Of a stretch of DNA of 64,000 bases, positions 35,001 through 43,372 are shown in pieces. The notes under the pieces are model-generated. The model saw only the letters and a list, made by a program, of their open reading frames with translations. It searched no databases and was not told the DNA's origin. The stretch lies in NCBI GenBank assembly GCA_035698525.1, contig DASSBR010000031.1:4490-68489 (forward strand). The letters are read 5' to 3'. The stretch comes from Gammaproteobacteria bacterium. GTDB taxonomy: Bacteria; Pseudomonadota; Gammaproteobacteria; Natronospirales; DASSBR01. Each line of letters starts with the position of its first letter. Positions within the stretch are counted from its first letter, which is position 1. A program made the position numbers and the translations under genes.

Positions 35001-35143
35001 CGCCCGTGGGCCGGCCGGAAGCGCCGATCGAACGGCGGCGCGCCACGGCACAGCGCAAGGCAAACCGGAAGGCGGCATTAATAACCGGTGCGGTGATTGC
35101 CGGCGGGTTATTAGGCTACGGCGCGAGTCGGCGCCGGCGCTAA
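32084..35143 (+). CDS. FAD-linked oxidase fused to Fe-S/CCG domains (YdiJ-like D-2-hydroxyacid dehydrogenase family) with a C-terminal hydrophobic tail
   Basis: 1019 aa. It has an FAD_binding_4 N-terminus (ILSRGGGTSLSGE), a 4Fe-4S motif CLSCKGCKNDCP and Cys-rich (CCG) repeats (PICCGRP, DGCCGMAG). It ends ...AALITGAVIAGGLLGYGASRRRR. Confidence 0.85.
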   Translation: MRDAINFNEQDRNDLARELEAVLTGEVRFSKGDVALYANDASNYRQPPIGVVIPATIDDIIATHRVCRKYGAPILSRGGGTSLSGETVNHAVVIDHSKYLDNIVDIDPLQREVTAETGVINDNLNKALGPFDLVFPPDPSTHKWCTIGGNIGNNSCGIHSVQAQFYGHGPRTADNVRALDVLTYDGTRMTLKDHYEDKEIDQIIAAGGRQGEIFASLKALRDKYAERIRARFPRIEKLPRRVSGYNLDDLLPENGFNLASAVCGTEGTCVTVLHITFKLTEQVKHRTLMVIGFDDIATAADHVAEIMKHKPIALEGIDHQLFEDEQQEHMHLDELSQLPEGKAWLLVEFGGDNAEESDARANTLIAELKKTKGAPTDFSIIDDSEQEAKLWAVREAGLGATAFPPDGRDHWPGWEDSAVPPERIGDYLRDLHKLYEKYDYRGALYGHLGQGCVHSRISFQLHTPPGVKQFRAFMEEAGDLVVSYGGSLSGEHGDGQARAELLVKMFGKELMEAFREFKQIWDPEWKMNPGKVIDPYRLDENLRLVNYHPWKTDTEFTFPRDQRNFGRVAIRCVGVGKCRTDSGTMCPSYMVTREEKHVTRGRARLLFEMMDGGVLNDRWRSEEVKDSLDLCLSCKGCKNDCPVHVDMATYKAEFLSHYFAGRLKPLSAYAFGLIDRWSRLASRVPAVVNFLTNTPGLSRIAKEIVRIPEARSIPKYAPQTFKSWFAKRPVRNHDGPPVVLWADTFNNHFFPDIAQAAVEVLEAQGFRVLVPLQPICCGRPLYEFGMLDRAKAYLQQVMDTLDNEIAAEVPIVGLEPSCISVFRDELTNLFPDDERARKLSEHSYLFSEYLMNRADGLHLPTLKRKAFVHVHCHHKSVLGQDAEHNLLKKLGLDFEVLSDGCCGMAGSFGFERGKYDVSIGAGERVLLPKVRDASEDTLIIANGFSCREQIAQTTDRRALHIAQVMQMAMRGEAPVGRPEAPIERRRATAQRKANRKAALITGAVIAGGLLGYGASRRRR

Positions 35144-35188
35144 TTCTTCCGTCGTCATGCCAGCGACAAGAAAAGAAGGAGACGTCAT

Positions 35189-36214
35189 ATGGACCCACAC
35201 GAAGAACGCGAAGTCGTCGTCATCACTGGCGCGACCGCCGGTGTTGGCCGCGCTACCGCGCGCGCGTTTGCCAAGCGCGGCGCGTGCGTCGCCCTGCTGG
35301 CGCGCGACCCGGAACGCCTTGAAGCCACGCGCAGCGAAGTCGACGCGCTGGGTGGCAAGGGGTTCGGCATCAGCGTCGACGTTGCCGACGCCGCGGCCGT
35401 TGCGCGCGCCGCCGAACAGGTCGAATCGCGACTCGGCGAAATCGATATCTGGGTCAATGCGGCAATGGTGACCATCGTCGCACCGCTCGATCAAATCGCA
35501 CCCGACGAATTCAAGCGCGTCACCGACGTGACCTATCTCGGCAACGTCAACGGCACGATGGAAGCGCTCAAACACATGCTGCCTCGCGACCGCGGCACAA
35601 TCATCCAGGTCAGCTCCGCCCTCGCTTATCACTCCGTGCCGCTGCAGGCGCCCTACTGCGGCGCCAAGCACGCGATCAACGGCTACACCGAATCGTTGCG
35701 TTCGGAACTCATGCACCGCAACAGCCGCGTGCGCGTCACCACTGTCGACATGCCCGGCCTCAACACGCCGCAATTCGACTGGGCGCTCAACCGCATGCCG
35801 AAGCGCCCGCGCCCGATCGCGCCGGTATACCAGCCCGAAGTGGCGGCCCGCGCCATTGTCTGGGCGGCACATCACCGTCGAAAGCGGCTCTACGTCGGAA
35901 TCTCTTCACTGCTGATGATCTGGCTGGACAAGTTTGCGCCGGGGCTGCTTGACCGGTACATGGCCGAAAGTGCGATCAGCGGCCAGATGAGTGGTGAACC
36001 AGCCGACCCCGACAGGCCCGACAATCTCTGGAGGCCCGCGCCGGGCGATCATGGCGCTCGCGGCCGGTTCAGCGGCGAGGCTCACGCCAACAGTATGCAA
36101 TTCTGGGCCACCACCCATCGCGGCTGGCTGACGATGGTCGGCGTCGGACTCGCTGCCGGGGCCATATGCGCGGGCGCAGCGCGGCGGAAAAGGAAGGCGC
36201 GCCGCTGGCAATGA
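35189..36214 (+). CDS. SDR-family oxidoreductase with a C-terminal extension and hydrophobic tail
   Basis: TGATAGVGRA, NAAM and YCGAK motifs. It ends ...WLTMVGVGLAAGAICAGAARRKRKARRWQ. Confidence 0.85.
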   Translation: MDPHEEREVVVITGATAGVGRATARAFAKRGACVALLARDPERLEATRSEVDALGGKGFGISVDVADAAAVARAAEQVESRLGEIDIWVNAAMVTIVAPLDQIAPDEFKRVTDVTYLGNVNGTMEALKHMLPRDRGTIIQVSSALAYHSVPLQAPYCGAKHAINGYTESLRSELMHRNSRVRVTTVDMPGLNTPQFDWALNRMPKRPRPIAPVYQPEVAARAIVWAAHHRRKRLYVGISSLLMIWLDKFAPGLLDRYMAESAISGQMSGEPADPDRPDNLWRPAPGDHGARGRFSGEAHANSMQFWATTHRGWLTMVGVGLAAGAICAGAARRKRKARRWQ

Positions 36215-36419
36215 CCCGCCAATGCCGCACAGGCGGCGGCGTCGCCCGATAAATGGTATTACTCGTGCGCCGGAGGGTTATTGCCGCGCCTGTATTTCCT
36301 GCTATTCTTGGCGAAAATCAATAAGCAACCTGTCGAGGTCAACAACCAGAATAACGGATGCAAAGGGGACAACGCATTAGCAGCGCGAGCTTCATTACCA
36401 GTTCAATGGGCCGTACGGT

Positions 36420-37694
36420 TTGAATTATTCGGTCCTGCCTGATCTGCTTGCCATAGGCGGCCTCGTAGTCGTTTTCGTGCTGCTATTGTGGCGCGCGGAC
36501 CAGAAACGGCTGCGTTTCTGGGCGTTTGGCTGGATTCTCATTCTCGTCCACTTCATTGCGGAATTGCCGCCACGGAGCACCGGCGCGTTCACCAACGTAG
36601 CCGATGCAGTCGCGGTTTCCGCATTGCTGCTGAGCAGCGTCGCATTCGTCTGGGCCGGCGAATTCCTGCCCACCGCTAAAGGCCGCGGGAGGCTGACAGG
36701 CCTCGCGGCGGCGATTCCCGATGTCGCCCTCTGCACTGCATTCGCCTGCGGCTCGACCTCTGTCCCGCTGTTTGCCGCGTTGACGGTAATTGGCGCCGCG
36801 GTATCACTGCCGCTGTATTGCCGCGCGCGCCGCGAAGGGGACATCGCGCAACGGTACCTTCCCGCGGCATTCCTCGTCATCGCCTACGGCGCGCAACTGG
36901 TGCTGATAGCCAGCGGCCGGATCGTGCCGGCCTTCATCTGGCTGCTTTGCTGGCACTTTCTGGCGGCGGCAATCGCGTTCCGGCTCGGTTCTGCAAGAAC
37001 GACCGTCGGCGTGATCTTTACCACTATCAGCTTCGTCGCGTGGGCGCTGGTTTTTCCGGTTGCCTGGGCTGTCGGCAATTGGCTGCCCGACGCGCACGTC
37101 GCGGCAGGCGTGTGGAACCTGCCGAAATATCTTGTCGCGACGGGCTTACTGGTCACCCTGCTCGAAGAGCAAATGCTCAAATTCGAACACGCCTCGTTGC
37201 ACGACGCGCTGACGGGCATCCCGAACCGTCGTATGCTGCTCGGCGCACTCGACCGGGCGGCCTATCATGCCGCGCGAGGCGAACCGTTCACCTTGATGAT
37301 TCTCGACCTCGACCTGTTCAAGGAGATCAATGATCGCCTTGGCCACGTCTTCGGCGACAAGCTGCTCGAAAAGGTGGCGAGGCGGCTGCGCGGTGTTCTG
37401 AGGCAGAACGACGTGCTGGCGCGCATCGGCGGCGATGAATTTGCCGTGCTGCTCACCGGCATCAGCGATCGCGCGGCGGTCAAGGCCGTGGTGGAAAAAA
37501 TTGATGCCGCCCTGGACCGACCGTTTGTCATCGAAGAGCACGAGTACCAGGTCGGCGTCAGCGCCGGTTACGCGCTTTCGCCGGGCGAAGGCGTCGACAC
37601 AGCGGCGCTTTATGCGCTGGCCGACCAGCGCATGTACGAGGCCAAGCAGTCCGGCCGGAAAGTGCCCCGATCCGCGGATGCAGCGGGAGGCTAG
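36420..37694 (+). CDS. Membrane-anchored diguanylate cyclase (GGDEF)
   Basis: About 7 N-terminal transmembrane segments, followed by RQNDVLARIGGDEFAVLL (an intact GGDEF motif with an RxxD I-site 5 residues upstream). The track start is a TTG, so the exact start is uncertain. Confidence 0.85.
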   Translation: MNYSVLPDLLAIGGLVVVFVLLLWRADQKRLRFWAFGWILILVHFIAELPPRSTGAFTNVADAVAVSALLLSSVAFVWAGEFLPTAKGRGRLTGLAAAIPDVALCTAFACGSTSVPLFAALTVIGAAVSLPLYCRARREGDIAQRYLPAAFLVIAYGAQLVLIASGRIVPAFIWLLCWHFLAAAIAFRLGSARTTVGVIFTTISFVAWALVFPVAWAVGNWLPDAHVAAGVWNLPKYLVATGLLVTLLEEQMLKFEHASLHDALTGIPNRRMLLGALDRAAYHAARGEPFTLMILDLDLFKEINDRLGHVFGDKLLEKVARRLRGVLRQNDVLARIGGDEFAVLLTGISDRAAVKAVVEKIDAALDRPFVIEEHEYQVGVSAGYALSPGEGVDTAALYALADQRMYEAKQSGRKVPRSADAAGG

Positions 37695-37709
37695 GAACTT
37701 TTTTGGTCT

Positions 37710-38849
37710 TTACGCGCCCGTCAAAGTCAGCAACGTAATCTCACTCGGCTCGAAAATCCGCAGCGGCGGTCCCCAGAAACCGGTGCCGCGACTGGTGTAA
37801 AGCCAGGTGCGCCCCCCATGACGGGTGAGGCCGCCGATGGACGGCTGGGCCAGGCGAACGATCCAGCCAAACGGCCAGATCTGGCCGCCGTGCGTGTGGC
37901 CGGAGAGTTGTAGTTCGACACCGCGCGCGACGGCTCCATCAACCTGCTTCGGCTGATGGGCGAGCAGCAGCACAGGCAGATTCTCGTCGGCGCCGGCGAG
38001 TGCGGTGGCGAGATCGGCATCGCCCGGACTGGCGACCGTCACATCATCTATTCCGGCGACGACGAGGGCAGCGCCTCCGCGCCGGAGCGTGATGTGCCGG
38101 TTACGCAACGGCTCCCAGCCCAAACCGCGCAGGTAGTCGAGCCACGCCTGCGCTTCACTGAAGTGTTCATGATTTCCCGGCACATAAACCTTCGCCAGCC
38201 GCGCGCGCACGCCGGCCAGCGAATCCGCCTGCCCACGGCGCTGCGCGACCGTCCCGTCGGCGATGTCGCCGGTGATACAGACCACATCGGCATCGAGCAC
38301 ATTGACAACGGCAACGAGGCGTTCTGCCCATCGCGTCCGGTCAATTGGTCCGTAGTGAATATCGCTCAACTGCACGACCCGCACGCCCTGCATGCGTGAA
38401 TCGAGGCCCTCGATCGGCACCGTCACCCGCTTGACGCGCGGCACGCGCATGGCCTCAAACCAGCCCCACGACATCAGCGTCGCCGACACGACGACGACCG
38501 CGACGGTGACGATGCGCGAGCGTAGCGGATCGGCAACGCCGCCGAGCGCCAGCACCAATCGCAACAGGTTGCCCGCGATCGACCATGCAAACAGCACCCA
38601 GACGACGCCGAGTACCCTATCGCCAATCCGCGCGGCCCAGTCGCGATGCCGACGATGGCCGAAATACATCAAAGGCAGGAAGGCTGTCAGGGCAACGCCG
38701 ACGATAACGGTGGTGCCTATAAAGACGCCGCTCGGCCATCTCGCACCAGCCGCTATCAGCGTCCACCACGGCACGCCAAACAGTACCAAGAGAATGACGC
38801 CCAGAATCAGCAGCGACCGCAACGCTCGCCGCCGCGACGATCTCGTCAT
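37710..38849 (-). CDS. Membrane-bound metallophosphoesterase (YkuE/YaeI-like)
   Basis: The start MTRSSRRR (ATG 38849-38847) overlaps the MFS stop as ATGA. There are N-terminal transmembrane segments. Calcineurin-like motifs are GDIADG, PGNHEHF and GHTHGGQ. The 608-aa track ORF is an artefactual upstream extension across the MFS gene. Confidence 0.85.
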   Translation of the reverse strand: MTRSSRRRALRSLLILGVILLVLFGVPWWTLIAAGARWPSGVFIGTTVIVGVALTAFLPLMYFGHRRHRDWAARIGDRVLGVVWVLFAWSIAGNLLRLVLALGGVADPLRSRIVTVAVVVVSATLMSWGWFEAMRVPRVKRVTVPIEGLDSRMQGVRVVQLSDIHYGPIDRTRWAERLVAVVNVLDADVVCITGDIADGTVAQRRGQADSLAGVRARLAKVYVPGNHEHFSEAQAWLDYLRGLGWEPLRNRHITLRRGGAALVVAGIDDVTVASPGDADLATALAGADENLPVLLLAHQPKQVDGAVARGVELQLSGHTHGGQIWPFGWIVRLAQPSIGGLTRHGGRTWLYTSRGTGFWGPPLRIFEPSEITLLTLTGA

Positions 38850-40063
38850 GCAGTTTCCCGCGACATCCGCAGATTCGGCAACAGCACCGCGAAAATACCG
38901 AGCAGCGGCAGGTAGGCGCACAACTGGTACACAAAGCCGATGCCGTAGAGGTCCGCGACGTGGCCAAGCACCGCCGCACCGATGCCGCCCATGCCGAAGG
39001 CAAGGCCGTAGAACAGGCCGGAGATCATGCCGATGCGGGTCGGCACGAGTTCCTGGGCATAAACGATGATTGCCGGAAACGCCGATGACAGGATCAGGCC
39101 GATTACCGCGCTCAGCACGCCGGTCCAGAACAGGTTGACGTGCGGGAGCAGCAGCGTGAACGGCGCGACGCCGAGAATCGATATCCAGATCACCCACTTG
39201 CGGCCGATGCGGTCGCCAATGGGTCCGCCGATCATGACGCCGCAGGCAACCGACGCCATGAAGATGAACAGATGCACTTCGGCGCTCTGAACCGACACGC
39301 CGAACGTGTGCATCAGGTAGAACGTGTAATAGCTGGTGATGCTTGCGAGATAGAAATACTTCGAGAAGATCAGCACGCCGAGCACCAGCAAGGCAATTCG
39401 CACGCGGCCCGGTGACGGCGCGCGCGCCGGCTTCTCGTGCAGATGCGCCCTGCCGCGAGTCGCATAATGACGCCCGTACCAGCGGCCGACCTGCAACAGT
39501 ACCGTGAAGGCCAACAGCGCCGCCAGCGAGAACCATGCGACACTGTCACGCCCGTGCGGGATAACGAACCAGGCCGCAAGCAGCGGCCCGATCGCGCTGC
39601 CGAAGTTGCCGCCGACCATGAACACCGACTGCGCGAGCCCCGGCCGCCGGCCGGATGCCATGCGTGCCACCCGCGACGATTCCGGATGAAAGACGGACGA
39701 GCCGGTGCCGATCAGCGCCGCTGCCAGCAGCAGCATGCCGAAGTTGGGCGCTATCGCCAGCAGCAGCAGCCCGCAACAGGTGAAGGCCATGCCGATCGGC
39801 AGCGAATACGGCAGCGGCCGCCGGTCGGTGACATGCCCGACCAGCGGTTGCAGCAGCGAGCCCGCGATCTGGAAAGTCAACGTGATCAGCCCGATCTGAA
39901 TGAAACTGAGCGCAAAGTCGCCCTTGAGCAGCGGATAGATCGCGACGATCAGCGACTGCATCATGTCGTTGAGCAGGTGCGAAAAGCTGATCGCGCCCAG
40001 CACCGGGAAAGCAGTGCCGGCATGGCGCGTGGACGCGCTGATCGCCGACGATGCAGCGTCCAT
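38846..40063 (-). CDS. MFS transporter (Fsr / fosmidomycin-resistance-like)
   Basis: 405 aa with 12 predicted transmembrane segments. The N-terminal LGAISFSHLLNDMMQSLIVAIYPLLK resembles the Fsr subfamily. Confidence 0.8.
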   Translation of the reverse strand: MDAASSAISASTRHAGTAFPVLGAISFSHLLNDMMQSLIVAIYPLLKGDFALSFIQIGLITLTFQIAGSLLQPLVGHVTDRRPLPYSLPIGMAFTCCGLLLLAIAPNFGMLLLAAALIGTGSSVFHPESSRVARMASGRRPGLAQSVFMVGGNFGSAIGPLLAAWFVIPHGRDSVAWFSLAALLAFTVLLQVGRWYGRHYATRGRAHLHEKPARAPSPGRVRIALLVLGVLIFSKYFYLASITSYYTFYLMHTFGVSVQSAEVHLFIFMASVACGVMIGGPIGDRIGRKWVIWISILGVAPFTLLLPHVNLFWTGVLSAVIGLILSSAFPAIIVYAQELVPTRIGMISGLFYGLAFGMGGIGAAVLGHVADLYGIGFVYQLCAYLPLLGIFAVLLPNLRMSRETA

Positions 40064-40213
40064 GGCCTGATTGTCGAGGTGACGGGTTATGTCGGAACTC
40101 CTTATCGCGTGGAATCCATGACCAGTGGTGCCGAATCAGCAAGGATGGCAGCCGGCTGAAGGCAGGATGGGGACAATTATACCGGTTGGCGGGGGAAGGT
40201 GATGGTAACTGGA

Positions 40214-40561
40214 TTAAGGTTGAGACACAGGCAAAACATTTTCAGAAGGCACCCAGCCGACTTCGCCGTTTTCCTTCCGGGCCCAGAAGAACCCGCTTTC
40301 TTCGAACACCAGATCCAGCACCTCACCCGGAGCGACCGTTAATTCGATTGCGTTGAACTCGCGGCTGATGTGCCAACGATTGCCGCGTTGCGTCAGCCAA
40401 TCGCGTGGCGTCCAACCGGAACGGCCGTCTCCTGCCGTGCACCAGACCCAACCGGGAATATCGGTACGCTTTTCAAAATCCGGTGCGACCGGCTCCCCTG
40501 CCTCAACAGCGATCGGATTCTCGTAAGGTCGCTCGTACGATTTCGTAACGACGGCCTTCAT
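40214..40561 (-). CDS. Small SH3-like domain protein
   Basis: 115 aa from MKAVVTKSY... It has two SH3-like halves ending GWVWCTAGDGRSGWTPRDWL and GFFWARKENGEVGWVPSENV. The upstream part of the track ORF is R-rich and non-coding-like. Confidence 0.6.
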   Translation of the reverse strand: MKAVVTKSYERPYENPIAVEAGEPVAPDFEKRTDIPGWVWCTAGDGRSGWTPRDWLTQRGNRWHISREFNAIELTVAPGEVLDLVFEESGFFWARKENGEVGWVPSENVLPVSQP

Positions 40562-40589
40562 ATCTTCTCCACTCCGCGCATCCGCACAG

Positions 40590-41249
40590 CTACGATTTGC
40601 CCAGTATGATGTGCGTAGCCTTTGCCGATGCCGCATGCTCTTTGCACCGGTACCCGAGCGCCGGCAAATCGAGTCCATGAAACAGAGGCTCTCCAGAGCC
40701 TAGAAGTACTGGCGCAATTGCAATGTGCAATTGATCTATCAGTCCCGCCTGCAGGAACTGCCGAATGGTCGAGACCCCTCCTCCAATACGAACATCCTTG
40801 CCATTTGCGGCCTCACGTGCGCGATCGAGAGCCGAATCGATTCCATCGGTAACAAAATAAAAGGTCGTGCCGCCTTCCATTTCAAGGGGCTTACGCTCAT
40901 GGTGTGAAAGCACAAAGACGGACGTGTGATACGGTGGATTATCGCCCCACCAGCCTTTCCAACTGCCATCTGGCCAGGGGCCGCGAACGGGCCCAAACAT
41001 ATTCCGCCCCATTATCCAGGCGCCGATGTTTTCAAATCCCCGGGACGCAAAGTCGTTATCCGTGCCGGTTGTACCGCGTTCGTTTCCGTACATCTGCTGA
41101 AACGTCGCAGTCGGGACGAACCACTCATGCAACCTCTCGCCGCCAATGCCGAGGGGATTGTCGCGACTTTGCTCCGGGCCAGCGCCAAACCCGTCCAGCG
41201 AAATAGAAAAACTCTCAACTCTCAGCTTATTCCTTGCAGTCCACATCAC
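40590..41249 (-). CDS. Dihydrofolate-reductase-like (RibD C-terminal domain) family protein
   Basis: LRVESFSISLDGFGAGP...GRNMFGP...IGGGVSTIRQFLQAGLIDQLHIAIAPVLLGSG is the typical RibD_C/YwjB-like pattern. Confidence 0.75.
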   Translation of the reverse strand: MMWTARNKLRVESFSISLDGFGAGPEQSRDNPLGIGGERLHEWFVPTATFQQMYGNERGTTGTDNDFASRGFENIGAWIMGRNMFGPVRGPWPDGSWKGWWGDNPPYHTSVFVLSHHERKPLEMEGGTTFYFVTDGIDSALDRAREAANGKDVRIGGGVSTIRQFLQAGLIDQLHIAIAPVLLGSGEPLFHGLDLPALGYRCKEHAASAKATHIILGKS

Positions 41250-41650
41250 GATGGGAACCTCTCAGTCGATGGAATACGTTCCAGGTTATGATCCCAACTG
41301 GCCCGGCTCGAAACGAAGATGTGAGCATTGGGGCGTATGGGAACATCTGTGTTCAGGCTACCCGCGGGAACAACGAGCAGCGCTCCGTTCAACTGAACGC
41401 TGGGCACCGCTGACCCGCAGATTGAGCAGAACGACCTGCTGTGTCGCGTGGACGGCAATGTGAACTGACGAATGCCGTCCTCGCCGGAGAGCCAAGCCAG
41501 TTTAGCTATGGACGTGAACAGATTGGCGGCATGAGCAGACCCCGTGTCTTTTCGGCAATGTTCACAATGGCAAAGATAGAAGTGCTCAAAGTTACCGATA
41601 ATCTCGAAGCGAATATTCCCGCAAAGGCAGGAGCCCGAATGCTTGGTCAT
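41246..41650 (-). CDS. GFA (glutathione-dependent formaldehyde-activating / CENP-V) family protein
   Basis: Cys motifs GSCLCGNIRF and YLCHCEHCRK...FCSICGS. 134 aa. The stop overlaps the next gene's start. Confidence 0.8.
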   Translation of the reverse strand: MTKHSGSCLCGNIRFEIIGNFEHFYLCHCEHCRKDTGSAHAANLFTSIAKLAWLSGEDGIRQFTLPSTRHSRSFCSICGSAVPSVQLNGALLVVPAGSLNTDVPIRPNAHIFVSSRASWDHNLERIPSTERFPS

Positions 41651-41742
41651 CTATACCTATGCTCCTGTTGCCCGATATCCTGAATCCGCCGCCGGCAGCC
41701 TGCGTGGCGAGATGGCGACCGGCTGGAACGACTTGTCGGGCG

Positions 41743-42282
41743 TCACTGGCTGATTTCCTTTGCCATGTCCCGGATTTTCTCCACAGTTCGCCAGTTTCTA
41801 TCCGTCATTGAAACGCCGAGTAATCTCTCGCTGTTTGCAGCAAGCTTTGATCTGCCTATACCCTCCGGTGCGTGCAGATAAAAGACTTTGTTGACCAACT
41901 TGCAGCGTTCACTTTTCATCCTCAATGAATCCAGCCTTTTTAAGTCCAGACTGGAAGGCACAGCGCTCAAAAAACCATAATGCAACGCCTTGGGGTCCGC
42001 TTCTGCTTCGGGGAACGGATTACCGGCAATTGCAGATTCCAATTCTGCACGTGTAAGCAGCAATACCGAAGGTGAGAATCCGCGATGTTGTTTAATCGCC
42101 TTCACAATGCTCACCGTAAGGTCAGAAGCCTTTTCGTTACTCTGCAGGACTGCATTGCCGCTTTGAATATAGGTTCTGACGTTGTGGCAACCGAGGTCTT
42201 CGAGAAGGATGACAAGATCCTTCATCGGTAGCGTGCGCCCGCCGACGTTTATGCCCCTGATGAGAACGATGTATGTGTTCAT
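41743..42282 (-). CDS. DUF1697 domain protein
   Basis: The N-terminus YIVLIRGINVGGRTLPMKDLVILLEDLGCHNVRTYIQSGNAVL is the DUF1697 signature. Confidence 0.75.
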   Translation of the reverse strand: MNTYIVLIRGINVGGRTLPMKDLVILLEDLGCHNVRTYIQSGNAVLQSNEKASDLTVSIVKAIKQHRGFSPSVLLLTRAELESAIAGNPFPEAEADPKALHYGFLSAVPSSLDLKRLDSLRMKSERCKLVNKVFYLHAPEGIGRSKLAANSERLLGVSMTDRNWRTVEKIRDMAKEISQ

Positions 42283-42367
42283 ATCACCACCTCAACGACT
42301 CTGCACTAACGCTTGAGTTACCTGACCAACAGCCTGAAGCGGGATGGCGGTCCACTTGGATGAGTAG

Positions 42368-42760
42368 TTAGATTTCGCCGCGTAATTCTGACTCCACGCC
42401 AACCGTATCCAGTTCGAACACATGGTTATCGAAGTCCTGAAAATAGAGCGCGGTGTCCGATCTGGCAAGTTGATAGGCGTGTCCGATTGCTGCGAGTTTC
42501 TCGGCGGTTGCGGCCAGCGTGTGCGGCGATACCAGGAATGCAACGTGATCGCCCGTTAGAGGACGCTCCACATCTGCTTTGACGAGAACAAACCACGTCT
42601 CACCCAATTGTACGTAACTTTCGTCATGGCCATCTTCATCAGTACGTTGAATGGTTTTCGCACCGAAAATGTCGGCAAATAGCAATGCCGTACGAGACGG
42701 GTCGCGGACGATCAAGGCGATGTGACTGAGCTTGCTGAGCATATTCATAAAGAAATCCAA
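42368..42760 (-). CDS. VOC (glyoxalase / bleomycin / fosfomycin-resistance fold) family protein
   Basis: LSHIALIVRDPSRTALLFADIFGA... plus ...GDHVAFLV...FQDFDNHVFEL, a paired beta-alpha-beta-beta-beta module pattern. The start could be a few codons downstream. Confidence 0.7.
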   Translation of the reverse strand: MDFFMNMLSKLSHIALIVRDPSRTALLFADIFGAKTIQRTDEDGHDESYVQLGETWFVLVKADVERPLTGDHVAFLVSPHTLAATAEKLAAIGHAYQLARSDTALYFQDFDNHVFELDTVGVESELRGEI

Positions 42761-42822
42761 TATCCAAGCTCACCTGCCGCCGGAGCAGCCGTAGCCTGCG
42801 GAGAACGCTGTCACTGAGATCG

Positions 42823-43290
42823 TTATCCTCGCACCAGGGTATAGTTGAGATCAAAGTCACGTTCCCACGTCTTGCCGTCGCGGCAGATCTCCCACGCGCC
42901 GGTTATGGTCTTGCCGTCAGCAGAGAAGGTGCCCGTGTAGCACTGGGAGAACTCGAGCGGCGTGAAGTCCGGCTTGTCGCGCCACAGCTTCCAGACCCCC
43001 TTTTCGAAGCTCATCTTGTAGAGGCGAGCGACACCGCGCGCGTCGAAGTCGTGCTGGAGGTAGTTACCCTCGCTTTCGGGATCAGGGCCAATGATCGCGA
43101 TCCCATCGGGCGCTTCCGGAATCGGTACCTCCCAGCGCTGGATCAGGAATCGCCCGCCCGACAGCCACTCGAACCTGACACTAGCACCGACATCGGCGGG
43201 TGGCATGTCCTTGAAGATGGCCGAAATCTTCCATTCGCCGATAAACGGTCGCAAGGCCTCAAGGGAATCGCTACTACGCTGTCGCATCAC
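42823..43290 (-). CDS. Hypothetical small beta-rich protein (DUF1579-like)
   Basis: 155-aa ORF with normal composition (FIGEWKISAIF...FEWLSGGRFLIQRW...GTFSADGKTITGAWE). The family assignment is tentative. Confidence 0.55.
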   Translation of the reverse strand: MMRQRSSDSLEALRPFIGEWKISAIFKDMPPADVGASVRFEWLSGGRFLIQRWEVPIPEAPDGIAIIGPDPESEGNYLQHDFDARGVARLYKMSFEKGVWKLWRDKPDFTPLEFSQCYTGTFSADGKTITGAWEICRDGKTWERDFDLNYTLVRG

Positions 43291-43372
43291 TGTTTAACTG
43301 CAAGTTGATGATGGTCGCATAACCTCCAAGCTCAGCTGCTTTGGCGATGTTAGGCACGATGTTCGGCTGCGT

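Noticed and set aside
36215-36419. Terminator after the SDR gene or a regulatory element before the GGDEF gene
   Set aside because: Only a 5-bp stem (gccgc-acag-gcggc) without a T-tract was found, which is too weak to call.
38850-39536. Upstream 229 codons of the 608-aa ORF 37710..39536
   Set aside because: They lie entirely inside the MFS transporter gene in another frame. The real metallophosphoesterase starts at MTRSSRRR (38849), with an ATGA overlap to the MFS stop.
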